A stretch of 64,000 bases of DNA from Nitrososphaeraceae archaeon. Lineage in GTDB: Archaea > Thermoproteota > Nitrososphaeria > Nitrososphaerales > Nitrososphaeraceae. The notes under the pieces were generated by a model. The model had not been told where the DNA came from. It did no database searches and saw only the letters and a program-made list of their open reading frames with translations. Positions within the stretch are counted from its first letter, which is position 1. Every line of letters begins with the position of its first letter. The DNA is taken from the NCBI GenBank assembly GCA_035250975.1, contig DATFEP010000064.1, forward strand, positions 32,001 through 96,000. The letters are read 5' to 3'. Positions 21,982 to 31,998 of this stretch are shown here, piece by piece. The translations under genes and the position numbers were made by a program.

Positions 21982-22396
21982 TAAAAAAATTGAATTAATT
22001 AATTATAAAATATTCAAGTGGTGCATTTTAATTCCAACTAATTAATATTTTGCAAATCGGTTTTATAAAAGTATTAGAGAGCTATTGCCACTTATCGGAA
22101 AAGATAGAACTTCTTCATGAAACATATTGAAATTTTCAATAACGCTAAATAATACACCTGCTACTACTAGCGTCTTAGTTAGATAATAAATTTTGTTCTT
22201 TATGACCTTGTATCATTCTTTTACTTATTTTGGCAACATATTGCATGTATTTGGGGATGACTTTTTGGGAAAATCTTCATTAAAAAATATTGAACCATAA
22301 CATACTATGAGCCGATCATTTAGAGTGGATCTGTTGTATTTGGTTACAAAGAAAACGATATTTAGTTAGTATCTATTATTAATTTTGAATTAAAGA

Positions 22397-24043
22397 ATGA
22401 AAAAAAAGATTGTCGATGCTACTGTTTCTCTTTCAGAAATTAATGACAATAGTGTAGTAGCAATTTCTGGTTTCAATATGGCTATTACGCCAGAATACTT
22501 AATTCTGGAATTGTACAGAAAATATGTTGAGGAAGGACATCCTAAGAATATATTTATTATCTCAGATGCACTGCCGGCTATCCCCGGCAGAGCGATAGAT
22601 AAAATTGCTGAGCCCCTATATAATGATCTCAACCAAAAGTTTCTGCGGGGAATATTGATGCCTTTTTTGGGTTTTTCTCCATGGCTTCAAAAGATGGTAC
22701 ACGAAGACAGGATTGAATACTATGGCTGGCCAATAGGGATTACTGCGTATTGGTTTAGAGAGATCGCATCTGGAAGACCAGGACTTTTAACAAAAATCGG
22801 TATAGACACATTTTTGGATCCAAGAAGAGAGGGAGCTGCATTAAATGAACTTGGTAAGAAAAATGCATCCTGCAAAGTTAGTGTTTTAGATATTGATGGA
22901 GCAGAATGGCTGTTATATCAGGCTCCAAAACCTAATTGTTCCTTTATAAGAGCATCAACGTCTGACGAAGCAGGTAATTTGTCGATGGAAGATGAAGGTA
23001 TAAGAGGAACCATCCTCAGTATTGCACAAGCTACTAAAGCAAGCCCACATCAAGGGACTGTTATTGCACAAGTAAAATGGATCACACGATCGGGCTCGAT
23101 TAATCCAAGGGATGTTGATGTGCCTGGTCCATTGGTTGATTATGTTATAGTATCTCCAAAAAAATATCACTGGCAGAGCGGAAATATTGAATTTGATCCC
23201 AGAATATCATATAAAATACTTCCCTCATTAACAGATACATTGTTTTATGGTCTTCCCAAAGTATCTATGAAAGCACACGAAAAAGTGATAGCAAGAAGAG
23301 TCATCTTAGAATTAGTAAGATTACTAGAAGAAAAAAATGCACCAGTATTGGTTAACTTGGGAATAGGCATACCGGCTTTTGTTTCTTCTATAGCAGCTGA
23401 AGAGGAGGTATCGGAATTTATTATATCTGTACTTGAATCTGGTCAATGGGGGGGACTTGCTCTTTCGGGAAATGACTTTGGATTGGCAATCAGTCCATTT
23501 GCACTTTCAACAATTCCAGATGTATTTTCCAACTTTGAGGGGGGGATAATAGATGCTGCATCTCTTGGTTTTCTACAGATAGATAAGGAAGGTAATGTTA
23601 ACCCATCCATTCTTCCTAATAAGATATATGGACCTGGAGGATTTCCTGTTATTGCAGGTGGGGCACCTAGGACTTTCTTTGCGGGGTCTTTCACAGCAGG
23701 AAAAAGTGATATTATACTTTCAAACAAGACTATAAAAATCCAAAACGATGGACTAACATTGAAGTTCGTTGAAAAAGTCTACAAGATAGTATTTAGTGGA
23801 AAGCAAGCGGCTAAATACGGTCATACAATTCGCTATATTACTGAAAGAGCCGTCTTCAGGTTAACAGATCGTGGGATAGTTCTTGATGAGATTGCTCCTA
23901 AAATAGACATAGATAAAGAGATATTGGCAAAAATGGATTTTTTACCTATAATAGGTTCTAATCTCAGGACAATGGATGACAGAATTTTTGACGAATCAAA
24001 GATGAATATAAAAGAAGAAGTATTTCGTATTTTTAAAAAGTGA
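22397..24043 (+). CDS. Single-chain acyl-CoA:acetate/propionate CoA-transferase (YdiF/Pct type)
   Basis: TKIGIDTFLDPR, DEAGNL, VNLGIGIP, ESG catalytic Glu, GNVN, GPGGF, YITERAVF. Confidence 0.9.
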   Translation: MKKKIVDATVSLSEINDNSVVAISGFNMAITPEYLILELYRKYVEEGHPKNIFIISDALPAIPGRAIDKIAEPLYNDLNQKFLRGILMPFLGFSPWLQKMVHEDRIEYYGWPIGITAYWFREIASGRPGLLTKIGIDTFLDPRREGAALNELGKKNASCKVSVLDIDGAEWLLYQAPKPNCSFIRASTSDEAGNLSMEDEGIRGTILSIAQATKASPHQGTVIAQVKWITRSGSINPRDVDVPGPLVDYVIVSPKKYHWQSGNIEFDPRISYKILPSLTDTLFYGLPKVSMKAHEKVIARRVILELVRLLEEKNAPVLVNLGIGIPAFVSSIAAEEEVSEFIISVLESGQWGGLALSGNDFGLAISPFALSTIPDVFSNFEGGIIDAASLGFLQIDKEGNVNPSILPNKIYGPGGFPVIAGGAPRTFFAGSFTAGKSDIILSNKTIKIQNDGLTLKFVEKVYKIVFSGKQAAKYGHTIRYITERAVFRLTDRGIVLDEIAPKIDIDKEILAKMDFLPIIGSNLRTMDDRIFDESKMNIKEEVFRIFKK

Positions 24044-24144
24044 CAGATGAGAATTCAAATTTGATACTCATTTACATCTTTTTATTATTTTGATCCTCAT
24101 GATTAACAAACCAGATTTAATTTTGTTTAACATAACTGCATTTT

Positions 24145-24807
24145 TTATACATACAAGAATTTTGAGAACCATTGTAAAGCCAACTTAGAAACTTCCTCTA
24201 GCGTTCCAGGTTCTTCAAAAAGATGTGTCGCCTTAGGAACAATTATCAATTTTTTATCTTTCACTTCTTTAAGATTTTCGAATGCATCTTTATTTAATTT
24301 TATAACTTCAATATCTTTTTCTCCAACTAGTAAGAGTGTTGGTGCTTTTACCTTGAAAAGTGCGTCATTTGCCAGATCCGGTCGCCCGCCTCTTGAAACA
24401 ATAGCTTTAATATTCTTATTATCTGCTGCAGCCACCAGAGCTGCAGCAGCACCAGTACTTGCACCAAAATATCCGATTTTTAAATCTTTTGTACTGGGAT
24501 TTTCTTGAATCCACTTCGTCGCATCATTCAATCTATCAGCCAAAAGTTTGATATCAAATCTGAAATGACCACTCCACATCTCTTCATGCTCTTCTTCTTT
24601 TGTAAGGAGATCAAACAAAAGTGTTGAAATATTACCATCTTGCAATGTTTGTGCTACATATTTATTTCTTGGACTAAATCGACTGCTTCCACTACCATGA
24701 ACAAAGAGAACTATTCCACTTGCCTTATCCGGAATTGAAAGATTACCTTCCAGTACTTTTGAACCAGAAGTAATAGACACACTATTAATAGCAGATTTTT
24801 TGGTCAT
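24145..24807 (-). CDS. Dienelactone-hydrolase-family alpha/beta hydrolase
   Basis: HGSGSSRFSPRN, GYFGASTGAAAAL, SRGGRPDLA, ATHLFEEPG. Confidence 0.9.
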   Translation of the reverse strand: MTKKSAINSVSITSGSKVLEGNLSIPDKASGIVLFVHGSGSSRFSPRNKYVAQTLQDGNISTLLFDLLTKEEEHEEMWSGHFRFDIKLLADRLNDATKWIQENPSTKDLKIGYFGASTGAAAALVAAADNKNIKAIVSRGGRPDLANDALFKVKAPTLLLVGEKDIEVIKLNKDAFENLKEVKDKKLIIVPKATHLFEEPGTLEEVSKLALQWFSKFLYV

Positions 24808-24923
24808 CTTCCTTCTCCCAAACTAAGTCCTATTTTATTAGAAAGTTCTGGATTTGTAGGAAATGAGATTACTTCAATGTTATTTTTTCCACCTAGGTTC
24901 AATAATATAAACAAGGTGTTCAT
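24804..24923 (-). CDS. Putative 39-aa ORF coupled to the hydrolase (possible gene relic)
   Basis: MNTLFILLNLGGKNNIEVISFPTNPELSNKIGLSLGEGR*; its TGA overlaps the hydrolase ATG (ATGA). Confidence 0.3.
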   Translation of the reverse strand: MNTLFILLNLGGKNNIEVISFPTNPELSNKIGLSLGEGR

Positions 24924-25086
24924 GCCAAATATAACATATTGTTATAATATTAACACTATGCAATCAATTGTACACTAGTAATAAATTCAATTTAATTAGT
25001 TTATTTTATTTTCCTTTATTGAATTATTTTGTTCATAAATAATGCAGACAAAGGCAAAAATAATAAATAACTAAAATTTCTAATAC

Positions 25087-27375
25087 GTGATAATAAATTT
25101 AAATAACTTGAGAATATCTATTTCTGGAACAATACAAGGTGTAGGTTTTAGACCTTTTATCTATAGAATTGCAAATGAATCTCATCTTTACGGGTATATA
25201 CAGAATAAAGGAGATGGGATCGTAGAGATCTGCGTTCAAGGAAGCCAGAAAAATATTGAACTTTTCATAAGAAAAATGAAAAATGAGAAACCCGTCCTTG
25301 CACATTATGATCATATTGATATCATGGATCTTGATGAGAAAAAAAAATACAATGATTTTACCATAATTGATAGTTCCAAAACAAGATCAAAAACAGGTTC
25401 TTCAATCCACCCGGATATTTCAATATGTAAAAAGTGTACGATAGATTTTTATCAAAATAAAAGGAGATATCAGTATCCATTCATCTCATGTACCGAATGT
25501 GGGCCAAAATTTACGACATTAAAAATGTATCCTTACGACAGAACAAATACAACAATGTCAGATTTTGCAATGTGTAAAGAATGCGAATCTGAATATAATG
25601 AACCAAAGAATAGATTATTTCATTATGAACTAATATCCTGTACGGAATGTGGACCAAAATTTTCTATTGTAGATAACAAAGGTCATATTATCAATACCAA
25701 TGATCCCGTATCACTTTCAGCGAAATTGCTTATGGAAGGAAATATAATGGCTGTAAAGGGTCTTGGAGGTTTTCACGTCATAACATCATCCACAAAGTCC
25801 GAACCGATAATGAAATTGCGAAATAAAAAAGACAGAAAAAATAAACCTTTTGCGATCATGGGCAAAGATGTTCAATCCATAAAATCGTTTGCCTGCGTAA
25901 ACGATTTAGAAGAAAAAATATTAACTTCCATGACAAAACCTATTGTTCTATTAGACAAGAGTAACAATTATTTTCTTTCTCCTTTCATTTCACCGAATCT
26001 CCACAATGTTGGAGTTATGCTTCCTTATATGGGGTTACATATAATGTTATTCGAATCCATCGAAGAACCTGCTTTGGTTATGACCAGTGGAAACGAAAGT
26101 GGTAATCCGATAATAAAAGATAACAAAGAAGCTATAAAATCTCTAGGACATTATGTAGATTATTTTTTGATTCACAATAGAGAAATATTTTCGCGATGTG
26201 ATGACTCGATAATTAAAGTCATAGAAGATAACCCTATACTATTAAGAAGATCCAGAGGATTCGTTCCATCAAAGATCTCTTTTACAAAAAGTATTCCAGA
26301 TTGTATTCTAGCACTTGGTGGAGAAATGAACGTAGTATTCTGTATATTATATAATGAAGACTGTTTCATTTCACAACATATTGGAGACCTTTATAATCCA
26401 GATTCTTATTTATTTTTTAAGAGTACAATTGAACAAATGATGAAATTTCTAGATTTGAAACCGTCTTTTTTAGCATGTGATTTACATCCTTCTATGTTAA
26501 CGACGAACTTGGCTTATAATATTGCTCAGAATGAATCTAACGTCTTTCAAGTACAACACCATCACTCCCATATAGCCTCTCTAATGTCAGAACACAACAT
26601 ACAAGATATTATAGGAGTGGTGTGTGATGGAATTGGATATGGTTTAGATGGAAATCTATGGGGTGGGGAAATATTCAAATGCGAAAATGTAACAAACATT
26701 CAACGAATTGGACATTTAATTGAGCAACCCATGATAGGAGGAGATTTGGCGACACTAAACCCCTTAAGAATGGTCGCCGGAATACTATATGGCAAGGTTG
26801 ATGGTTTTGAAGATTTCCTATATTCAAATTTAACACGGTTCCGGTATGGACATAAAGAAATAGAATCCATCATTGGCAATCTGCAATCTGATTCATATTC
26901 CAAAACTACCAGTACGGGCAGGATACTTGATGCAATATCATCTCTACTTGGGATTTGTTATGATAGAACTTATGAAGGAGAGCCTGCAATATCACTAGAA
27001 TCAAGTTCAATAAATGGCAAAGATATTTTCATTGATCCAAAAATATCAGGAAATATTTTGGATACTACATATTTACTAAAATTTATATACGAAAACAGAG
27101 GTAGGCTTTCTCCAAGGGATCTCGGTTATTCTGCCCATTCCTATCTCGCAAATGGTTTAGGAGAAATTGCTGCAGAAAATGCACTGTCTACGGGTATCAA
27201 AGTTGTTGGGTTTTCAGGAGGAGTTGCACATAATAGAATTTTTACAAAAATCCTAAAAGAAGAGATTGAGAAGAGGGGGTTGAGGTTTCTACTACACCAA
27301 AAAATTCCACCTGGAGATGGAGGAATTTCTGTAGGTCAAGCTTATTATACTATGAATAAAATTCTAAATAGCTGA
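25087..27375 (+). CDS. hypF: Carbamoyltransferase HypF
   Basis: QGVGFRP acylphosphatase domain, two CxxC-x18-CxxC fingers, KGLGGFH, QHHHSH, DGIGYG, PGDGG. Confidence 0.96.
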   Translation: MIINLNNLRISISGTIQGVGFRPFIYRIANESHLYGYIQNKGDGIVEICVQGSQKNIELFIRKMKNEKPVLAHYDHIDIMDLDEKKKYNDFTIIDSSKTRSKTGSSIHPDISICKKCTIDFYQNKRRYQYPFISCTECGPKFTTLKMYPYDRTNTTMSDFAMCKECESEYNEPKNRLFHYELISCTECGPKFSIVDNKGHIINTNDPVSLSAKLLMEGNIMAVKGLGGFHVITSSTKSEPIMKLRNKKDRKNKPFAIMGKDVQSIKSFACVNDLEEKILTSMTKPIVLLDKSNNYFLSPFISPNLHNVGVMLPYMGLHIMLFESIEEPALVMTSGNESGNPIIKDNKEAIKSLGHYVDYFLIHNREIFSRCDDSIIKVIEDNPILLRRSRGFVPSKISFTKSIPDCILALGGEMNVVFCILYNEDCFISQHIGDLYNPDSYLFFKSTIEQMMKFLDLKPSFLACDLHPSMLTTNLAYNIAQNESNVFQVQHHHSHIASLMSEHNIQDIIGVVCDGIGYGLDGNLWGGEIFKCENVTNIQRIGHLIEQPMIGGDLATLNPLRMVAGILYGKVDGFEDFLYSNLTRFRYGHKEIESIIGNLQSDSYSKTTSTGRILDAISSLLGICYDRTYEGEPAISLESSSINGKDIFIDPKISGNILDTTYLLKFIYENRGRLSPRDLGYSAHSYLANGLGEIAAENALSTGIKVVGFSGGVAHNRIFTKILKEEIEKRGLRFLLHQKIPPGDGGISVGQAYYTMNKILNS

Positions 27376-27429
27376 TTTTTTATTATCTATAATCTTTATA
27401 GGCTAGATTTTCCTATCAATTCCAGGCTT

Positions 27430-27744
27430 ATGTGTTTGGCTTTTCCAGGCAAGATAACTGAAATAATAGGAGATTTTGCCAAGATAGATTTTGGTGGAGG
27501 TACTATGAGAAATAATATTAATATTTCCTACGTTGATGGTCAAGTGGGAGATTATGTTCTTATTCATGCAGGGTATGCAATCCAAGTATTGGACCTGGTT
27601 GAGGCCGAAAATATATTGAAATACTGGGTCGACAATACATCTTGGAAGTGTAACCAGTGTGAAATAATAAATGAATGTTACACCGGAAATTTGGTTAAAG
27701 AAGTAAAACAGATTAAACATAATAACTTGGGTTCGGAATCATGA
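27430..27744 (+). CDS. hypC: Hydrogenase maturation chaperone HypC with Cys-rich C-terminal extension
   Basis: MCLAFPG, GDYVLIHAGYA; extra WKCNQCEIINEC tail. Confidence 0.93.
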   Translation: MCLAFPGKITEIIGDFAKIDFGGGTMRNNINISYVDGQVGDYVLIHAGYAIQVLDLVEAENILKYWVDNTSWKCNQCEIINECYTGNLVKEVKQIKHNNLGSES

Positions 27745-28850
27745 TTCTAGAAAAGTACAAAGATCCCGAATTAGCAAAGAATATTACTGAAAAGATCCGT
27801 GAATATGCCGATTCGATAGAAGAGAACCTGCTTTTTATGCATGTTTGTGGATCTCATGAATGGACGATATCTCACTATGGCATAAGGTCGCTGATCCCTA
27901 AAAATATAGAGATAAGACCTGGACCTGGCTGTCCTGTTTGTATTACTCCAGCTGAGGATATAGACAATGCCATAAAGCTCGGTTTAGAAGGAAAAACCAT
28001 TTTAGTATATGGAGATATGTCAAGGTCGAAGGGATCAAAAGGAAAAAGCCTTTTAGATATAAGGGTACTTGGTGCTAAAATCAAGATAGTATACAGCATA
28101 CAGGAAGCCATATTATTAGCAAGAAATGACCCAACAGAAGACTTCGTCTTTTTCGGAGTAGGATTTGATACCACTGCCCCTCCTACTGCATTTGAGATAT
28201 TGAAAGGTTTACCACCGAATCTTGCTATCATTAATTCATATAGATATATGCCTCCAATAGTGGGTGCAGTTATAAAATCGTCTGTACTGGGTGTGGATGC
28301 CGTATTAAATCCGGGACATTCATCTACAATAACTGGAATGAAACCTTATTACAGATATTTTCTAGAAACTAGAAAACCTCAAGTCTTTTGTGGATTTGAA
28401 CCTATTGACATTTTATTGGGAATTCTAATTCTGTTAAAACAGATAAAAGATGGAAAGGCGAAACTAGAAAATGAATATCAAAGGTCAGTCACATGGGAAG
28501 GAAATAAACATGCTCAGAAAAAACTTGAAGATGTATTTGACCTAGACACAGGTTACATAAGAGGAGTAGCAAGTATTCCAGAATGCGGTTTTACGTTTAA
28601 GGAAAAATATAAGGATGTTGATGCATATGTCAAATATGGTTTATCAAGGCAAACAAATAATGAACATTTTGTAGCAGGAGCTCGATGTGGTGAAGTGATT
28701 TTAGGTCTTTGTGAACCTACTGAATGTCCGCTATATATGAAAGAATGTACTAAACAGACACCTAAAGGGCCTACGATGATTTCTCTTGAAGGCACATGTA
28801 GAATATGGGCTGAACATAATCTGATTAAATCTATAAAAAAACTTTCTTAA
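27741..28850 (+). CDS. hypD: Hydrogenase maturation protein HypD
   Basis: CGSHE, GPGCPVC, GFDTT, PGH, GFEP, C-terminal Cys cluster; ATGA overlap with hypC. Confidence 0.95.
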   Translation: MILEKYKDPELAKNITEKIREYADSIEENLLFMHVCGSHEWTISHYGIRSLIPKNIEIRPGPGCPVCITPAEDIDNAIKLGLEGKTILVYGDMSRSKGSKGKSLLDIRVLGAKIKIVYSIQEAILLARNDPTEDFVFFGVGFDTTAPPTAFEILKGLPPNLAIINSYRYMPPIVGAVIKSSVLGVDAVLNPGHSSTITGMKPYYRYFLETRKPQVFCGFEPIDILLGILILLKQIKDGKAKLENEYQRSVTWEGNKHAQKKLEDVFDLDTGYIRGVASIPECGFTFKEKYKDVDAYVKYGLSRQTNNEHFVAGARCGEVILGLCEPTECPLYMKECTKQTPKGPTMISLEGTCRIWAEHNLIKSIKKLS

Positions 28851-28869
28851 TATTCAATATTGATCTTTT

Positions 28870-29652
28870 ATGGCTTTTTTTATAGGAAATAGTTTTTGTA
28901 AACTTTGTCAAAAGGATGAAGAACAACTTGTAAGTGAATTATTTTACTGTACAAAGGGACTAATTAATAAGGGTTATTCGATAATTAAAAATACACTAAA
29001 TAGTGCACGACTCCCAAGTTGTGACGACTTTTATGTAACATATTTTAAAAATAATATATGGAATTCAGATATCAAAGTACTAAAAATAAATATAAAAGAT
29101 TGTTGTAATAATCATGAACAACCCACAAACGGTGTTGAAGTTGATAAAGGCGAAATTTTGCTACATACGAAAATATATCAAGCTCGTCCGGATGTCAATG
29201 CTATTTGTCATACAAGAAATCCATATTCGATAATTTTAGACAATGATACTTTTAAAAGAGTACATGGAGAAGCTACATTGATCTTAGGCGACATTCCTAT
29301 CATGGATATTGAAAATTTTTCTGATGAAAATAGAACGGTGAGCTTCATAGAAAAAATAGTTCAATCAACTATAGGCGAACCCCTAAGGCCTATAAGAACC
29401 GTAATATTATCAAACAATAGTGTTTTGGCTCTTGGTTCCTGCATACATGAAGCAAGAGCATTTACAGAAATACTGGAAGAATGTGCCAGATTTTACATGA
29501 TATCTAAAATTTTTGGCGGACCGCTAAATCTGCTTACACTTGATCAATTGAGAGGTTTGGGATCGAGATATGCAAGAGCCATAAAATTTGGAGGAAGGAA
29601 AATAATGTCTAATGCGAATCGTCCAGATGTTCGGATTAATAAAAATTTTTGA
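28870..29652 (+). CDS. Class II aldolase/adducin-like protein, probably metal-site-degenerate
   Basis: E...HTKIYQARPDVNAICHTRNPY; NNS in place of NHG; N-terminal CKLC. Confidence 0.75.
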   Translation: MAFFIGNSFCKLCQKDEEQLVSELFYCTKGLINKGYSIIKNTLNSARLPSCDDFYVTYFKNNIWNSDIKVLKINIKDCCNNHEQPTNGVEVDKGEILLHTKIYQARPDVNAICHTRNPYSIILDNDTFKRVHGEATLILGDIPIMDIENFSDENRTVSFIEKIVQSTIGEPLRPIRTVILSNNSVLALGSCIHEARAFTEILEECARFYMISKIFGGPLNLLTLDQLRGLGSRYARAIKFGGRKIMSNANRPDVRINKNF

Positions 29653-30056
29653 AAATGATGCTAAAAAAAATTCTAGTTTTTGGTAATCCTTTGGTTAGAA
29701 GGGACAGCCTGCCTCTAAAATTATTAGATGATCTTAGAAATGAATTTCCTAACATAGAATTCAAAGAATTTGATTCAATTGAAGAGATACAAAATGAAGG
29801 GGATACTCTTTACATTTTGGATTCGGTAGAAAAAATAAAAAAAGTGATGGTAATAACCGATTTAGATCAATTGGCTACAGACAAAATATATTCGGTCCAT
29901 GATTTTGATTTAGCTATCAACCTCAAGATACTAAAGAAAATAGGTGTGATAAAAAAGATAATTATTCTTGGAGTGCCTATGAATATTACGCATAGTCAGG
30001 CATTACAAGAGATTAGAGAAAAAATTATATCCATTTCAATCTCAAAAAATGACTAG
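29649..30056 (+). CDS. Divergent hydrogenase maturation protease-like protein
   Basis: ILVFGNPLVRRD, ILDS, SVHD match HycI/HybD-type motifs; short (about 133 aa). Confidence 0.75.
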   Translation: MKMMLKKILVFGNPLVRRDSLPLKLLDDLRNEFPNIEFKEFDSIEEIQNEGDTLYILDSVEKIKKVMVITDLDQLATDKIYSVHDFDLAINLKILKKIGVIKKIIILGVPMNITHSQALQEIREKIISISISKND

Positions 30057-31302
30057 CACAACTCATACACGGATCGTATGCCCTTATTATTTTTTCAAGC
30101 TCATGATAAATAAAGTGTTTATCTTTGTCTAAAATGCTAGGTAAATGATTTTTTATATCATTTTCCATCTTAATTTGATTTTGTGCTGTTGGTATTACAA
30201 AGTTGGCAAATTGTACTTTTCCTTCTCTGTTAAGTTCAACCATATGATACAATGTACCACGAGGAGCCTCTATTACTCCAACTCCTTTACCTTCTCTTGT
30301 TTTAATTTCGGGAGGAGATTCGCGAGTAAATTCATTTTCTTCAAGAATTTGAATAGTATGATCTATACAATGTAGAATTTCAATAGATTGTGCAAGATTG
30401 TTATGATAAATATTATTTGATGGAAAGACTTTAAGGATTTCAGATATATCCTTTTTTGAATTTTTATGGATAGATTCTCTATTCAAATTTAACCTAGCCA
30501 AAGCTCCTACCATGTATTCTTTGTCCCTGAATCTAAATCCAGTAGCCTGAGAATACGGGATAATAATTCTTTCTAGGTGATTCCAATATTCATCTTCTTT
30601 TATTTTCATTCCGTCTGAAGAAGCGATCTCACCCTCCAAAAAACTAAAATCGTCTGTAACTAGAGATACGAAAGTGGATTCTCTGCTAAGGTCAAAATTG
30701 CATTCATAAAATATTTTTATGAGTTCAAGAACCGTATCTCTAGTTGCTTTAAATTCTGACAATAATTCTTTTAAATTTTCTTTTGAAGGTAAATGAGAAA
30801 ACTGTCCAACCTTTTCAAATGTTGGATGAACAGCCCTGCCAGCAACTATTTTCGAAAGATTGTTTCCAAGACTTTTTACATTGAAACCCTGTTTGATTAG
30901 ATAATTTTTTGTTTCATCAAAATCAAATACAGAATCTGTATTAAAAACATCAGGAAGACAGAAGAAGTACAAATGTAAAGCATGATCCCGTATCATCATT
31001 CCATATACAGATAACTTTCTTAATAATTCAGTTTGTTTTGTTGGTGTGATCTCGAGACATTTTTCGATTGATTCAATGCTACAGGTTAAGTGTGCTATGC
31101 TACATGTACCGCATATCCTAGAAACAAATTGTGGAACACTAGAAAAATGTCTATTTCTTACTGCTTGTGTATAAAATCTTTTATTTTCATTTATCTTTAA
31201 TTTGACATCTTCTACTTTTCCCTTCCTAATTTTTACTTCAATGTCTGCATGACCTTCTGTTTTACTTATTTGTTCTATATTGATATCGAAACTATCATGC
31301 AT
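30025..31302 (-). CDS. [NiFe]-hydrogenase large subunit, group 3b-related
   Basis: TEGH, L1 RICGTCSIAH, EAPRG, PTAQN, L2 YDPCMSCASH plus a 7-aa cleavable tail. Confidence 0.93.
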   Translation of the reverse strand: MHDSFDINIEQISKTEGHADIEVKIRKGKVEDVKLKINENKRFYTQAVRNRHFSSVPQFVSRICGTCSIAHLTCSIESIEKCLEITPTKQTELLRKLSVYGMMIRDHALHLYFFCLPDVFNTDSVFDFDETKNYLIKQGFNVKSLGNNLSKIVAGRAVHPTFEKVGQFSHLPSKENLKELLSEFKATRDTVLELIKIFYECNFDLSRESTFVSLVTDDFSFLEGEIASSDGMKIKEDEYWNHLERIIIPYSQATGFRFRDKEYMVGALARLNLNRESIHKNSKKDISEILKVFPSNNIYHNNLAQSIEILHCIDHTIQILEENEFTRESPPEIKTREGKGVGVIEAPRGTLYHMVELNREGKVQFANFVIPTAQNQIKMENDIKNHLPSILDKDKHFIYHELEKIIRAYDPCMSCASHFLRLKWI

Positions 31303-31774
31303 TTACAAGACCAAATTCCTTCATATAACCATCTAATTTTGATAGAAATAATTTTTCATCCATTGGACATCCCGAAATGAAATCATCAACATTTACAAAT
31401 TCCGAAATAGGAGATACCTTGTTTCTTTGTCCAAACTGCTCTAAAATATGGAAAATCTCATTTTTTGTCGAATCATCAAAGTAATTTCTTTGATTCGCTG
31501 GGCTTCCTGTACATGCACAACTTCCTATTGCAATTAATTTTTTTGAATTCTTCCTTATTTCTTTAAGAAATTCAAGCTCTTTGTCAGTTGAAATTGCTCC
31601 TTCTACAAAAGCCAAATCTAAATTAGTAAAATCGTTTTTTCCTTTGAAAGTTCTAAAATATTTAAAATCCAGTAGATCTTTCCACTTTAAAAAATTATCA
31701 TTCATTAATTCTATGAACACTATAGTACTGTCTTCGCAACATGTAAATGAAAACCAGCCAGTTTTGAGTTTCAT
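31295..31774 (-). CDS. Truncated [NiFe]-hydrogenase small subunit (NuoB/delta-like domain only)
   Basis: WFSFTCCEDS, VEGAI, IGSCAC, SGCP; 159 aa from ATG 31774; overlaps the large-subunit start. Confidence 0.88.
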   Translation of the reverse strand: MKLKTGWFSFTCCEDSTIVFIELMNDNFLKWKDLLDFKYFRTFKGKNDFTNLDLAFVEGAISTDKELEFLKEIRKNSKKLIAIGSCACTGSPANQRNYFDDSTKNEIFHILEQFGQRNKVSPISEFVNVDDFISGCPMDEKLFLSKLDGYMKEFGLVNA

Positions 31775-31998
31775 TAACACATTAGCAATAAAGCTATCGT
31801 ATTTAAAATAGTTCACCTTTTTGATTCCCAATTTTCATTTTAACATATTTGTTTTAGAAAATTGTGTTGCGACATTTTATTATTTAATTTACGTTAGTTA
31901 TCTTATTAAATTCTAAAAATCGATCATCTTAAATCTTGTTAACAAAAAATTATCTTTTTACAAAGAAATTTGAAAGAGTTCTAAATACTATAACTATA

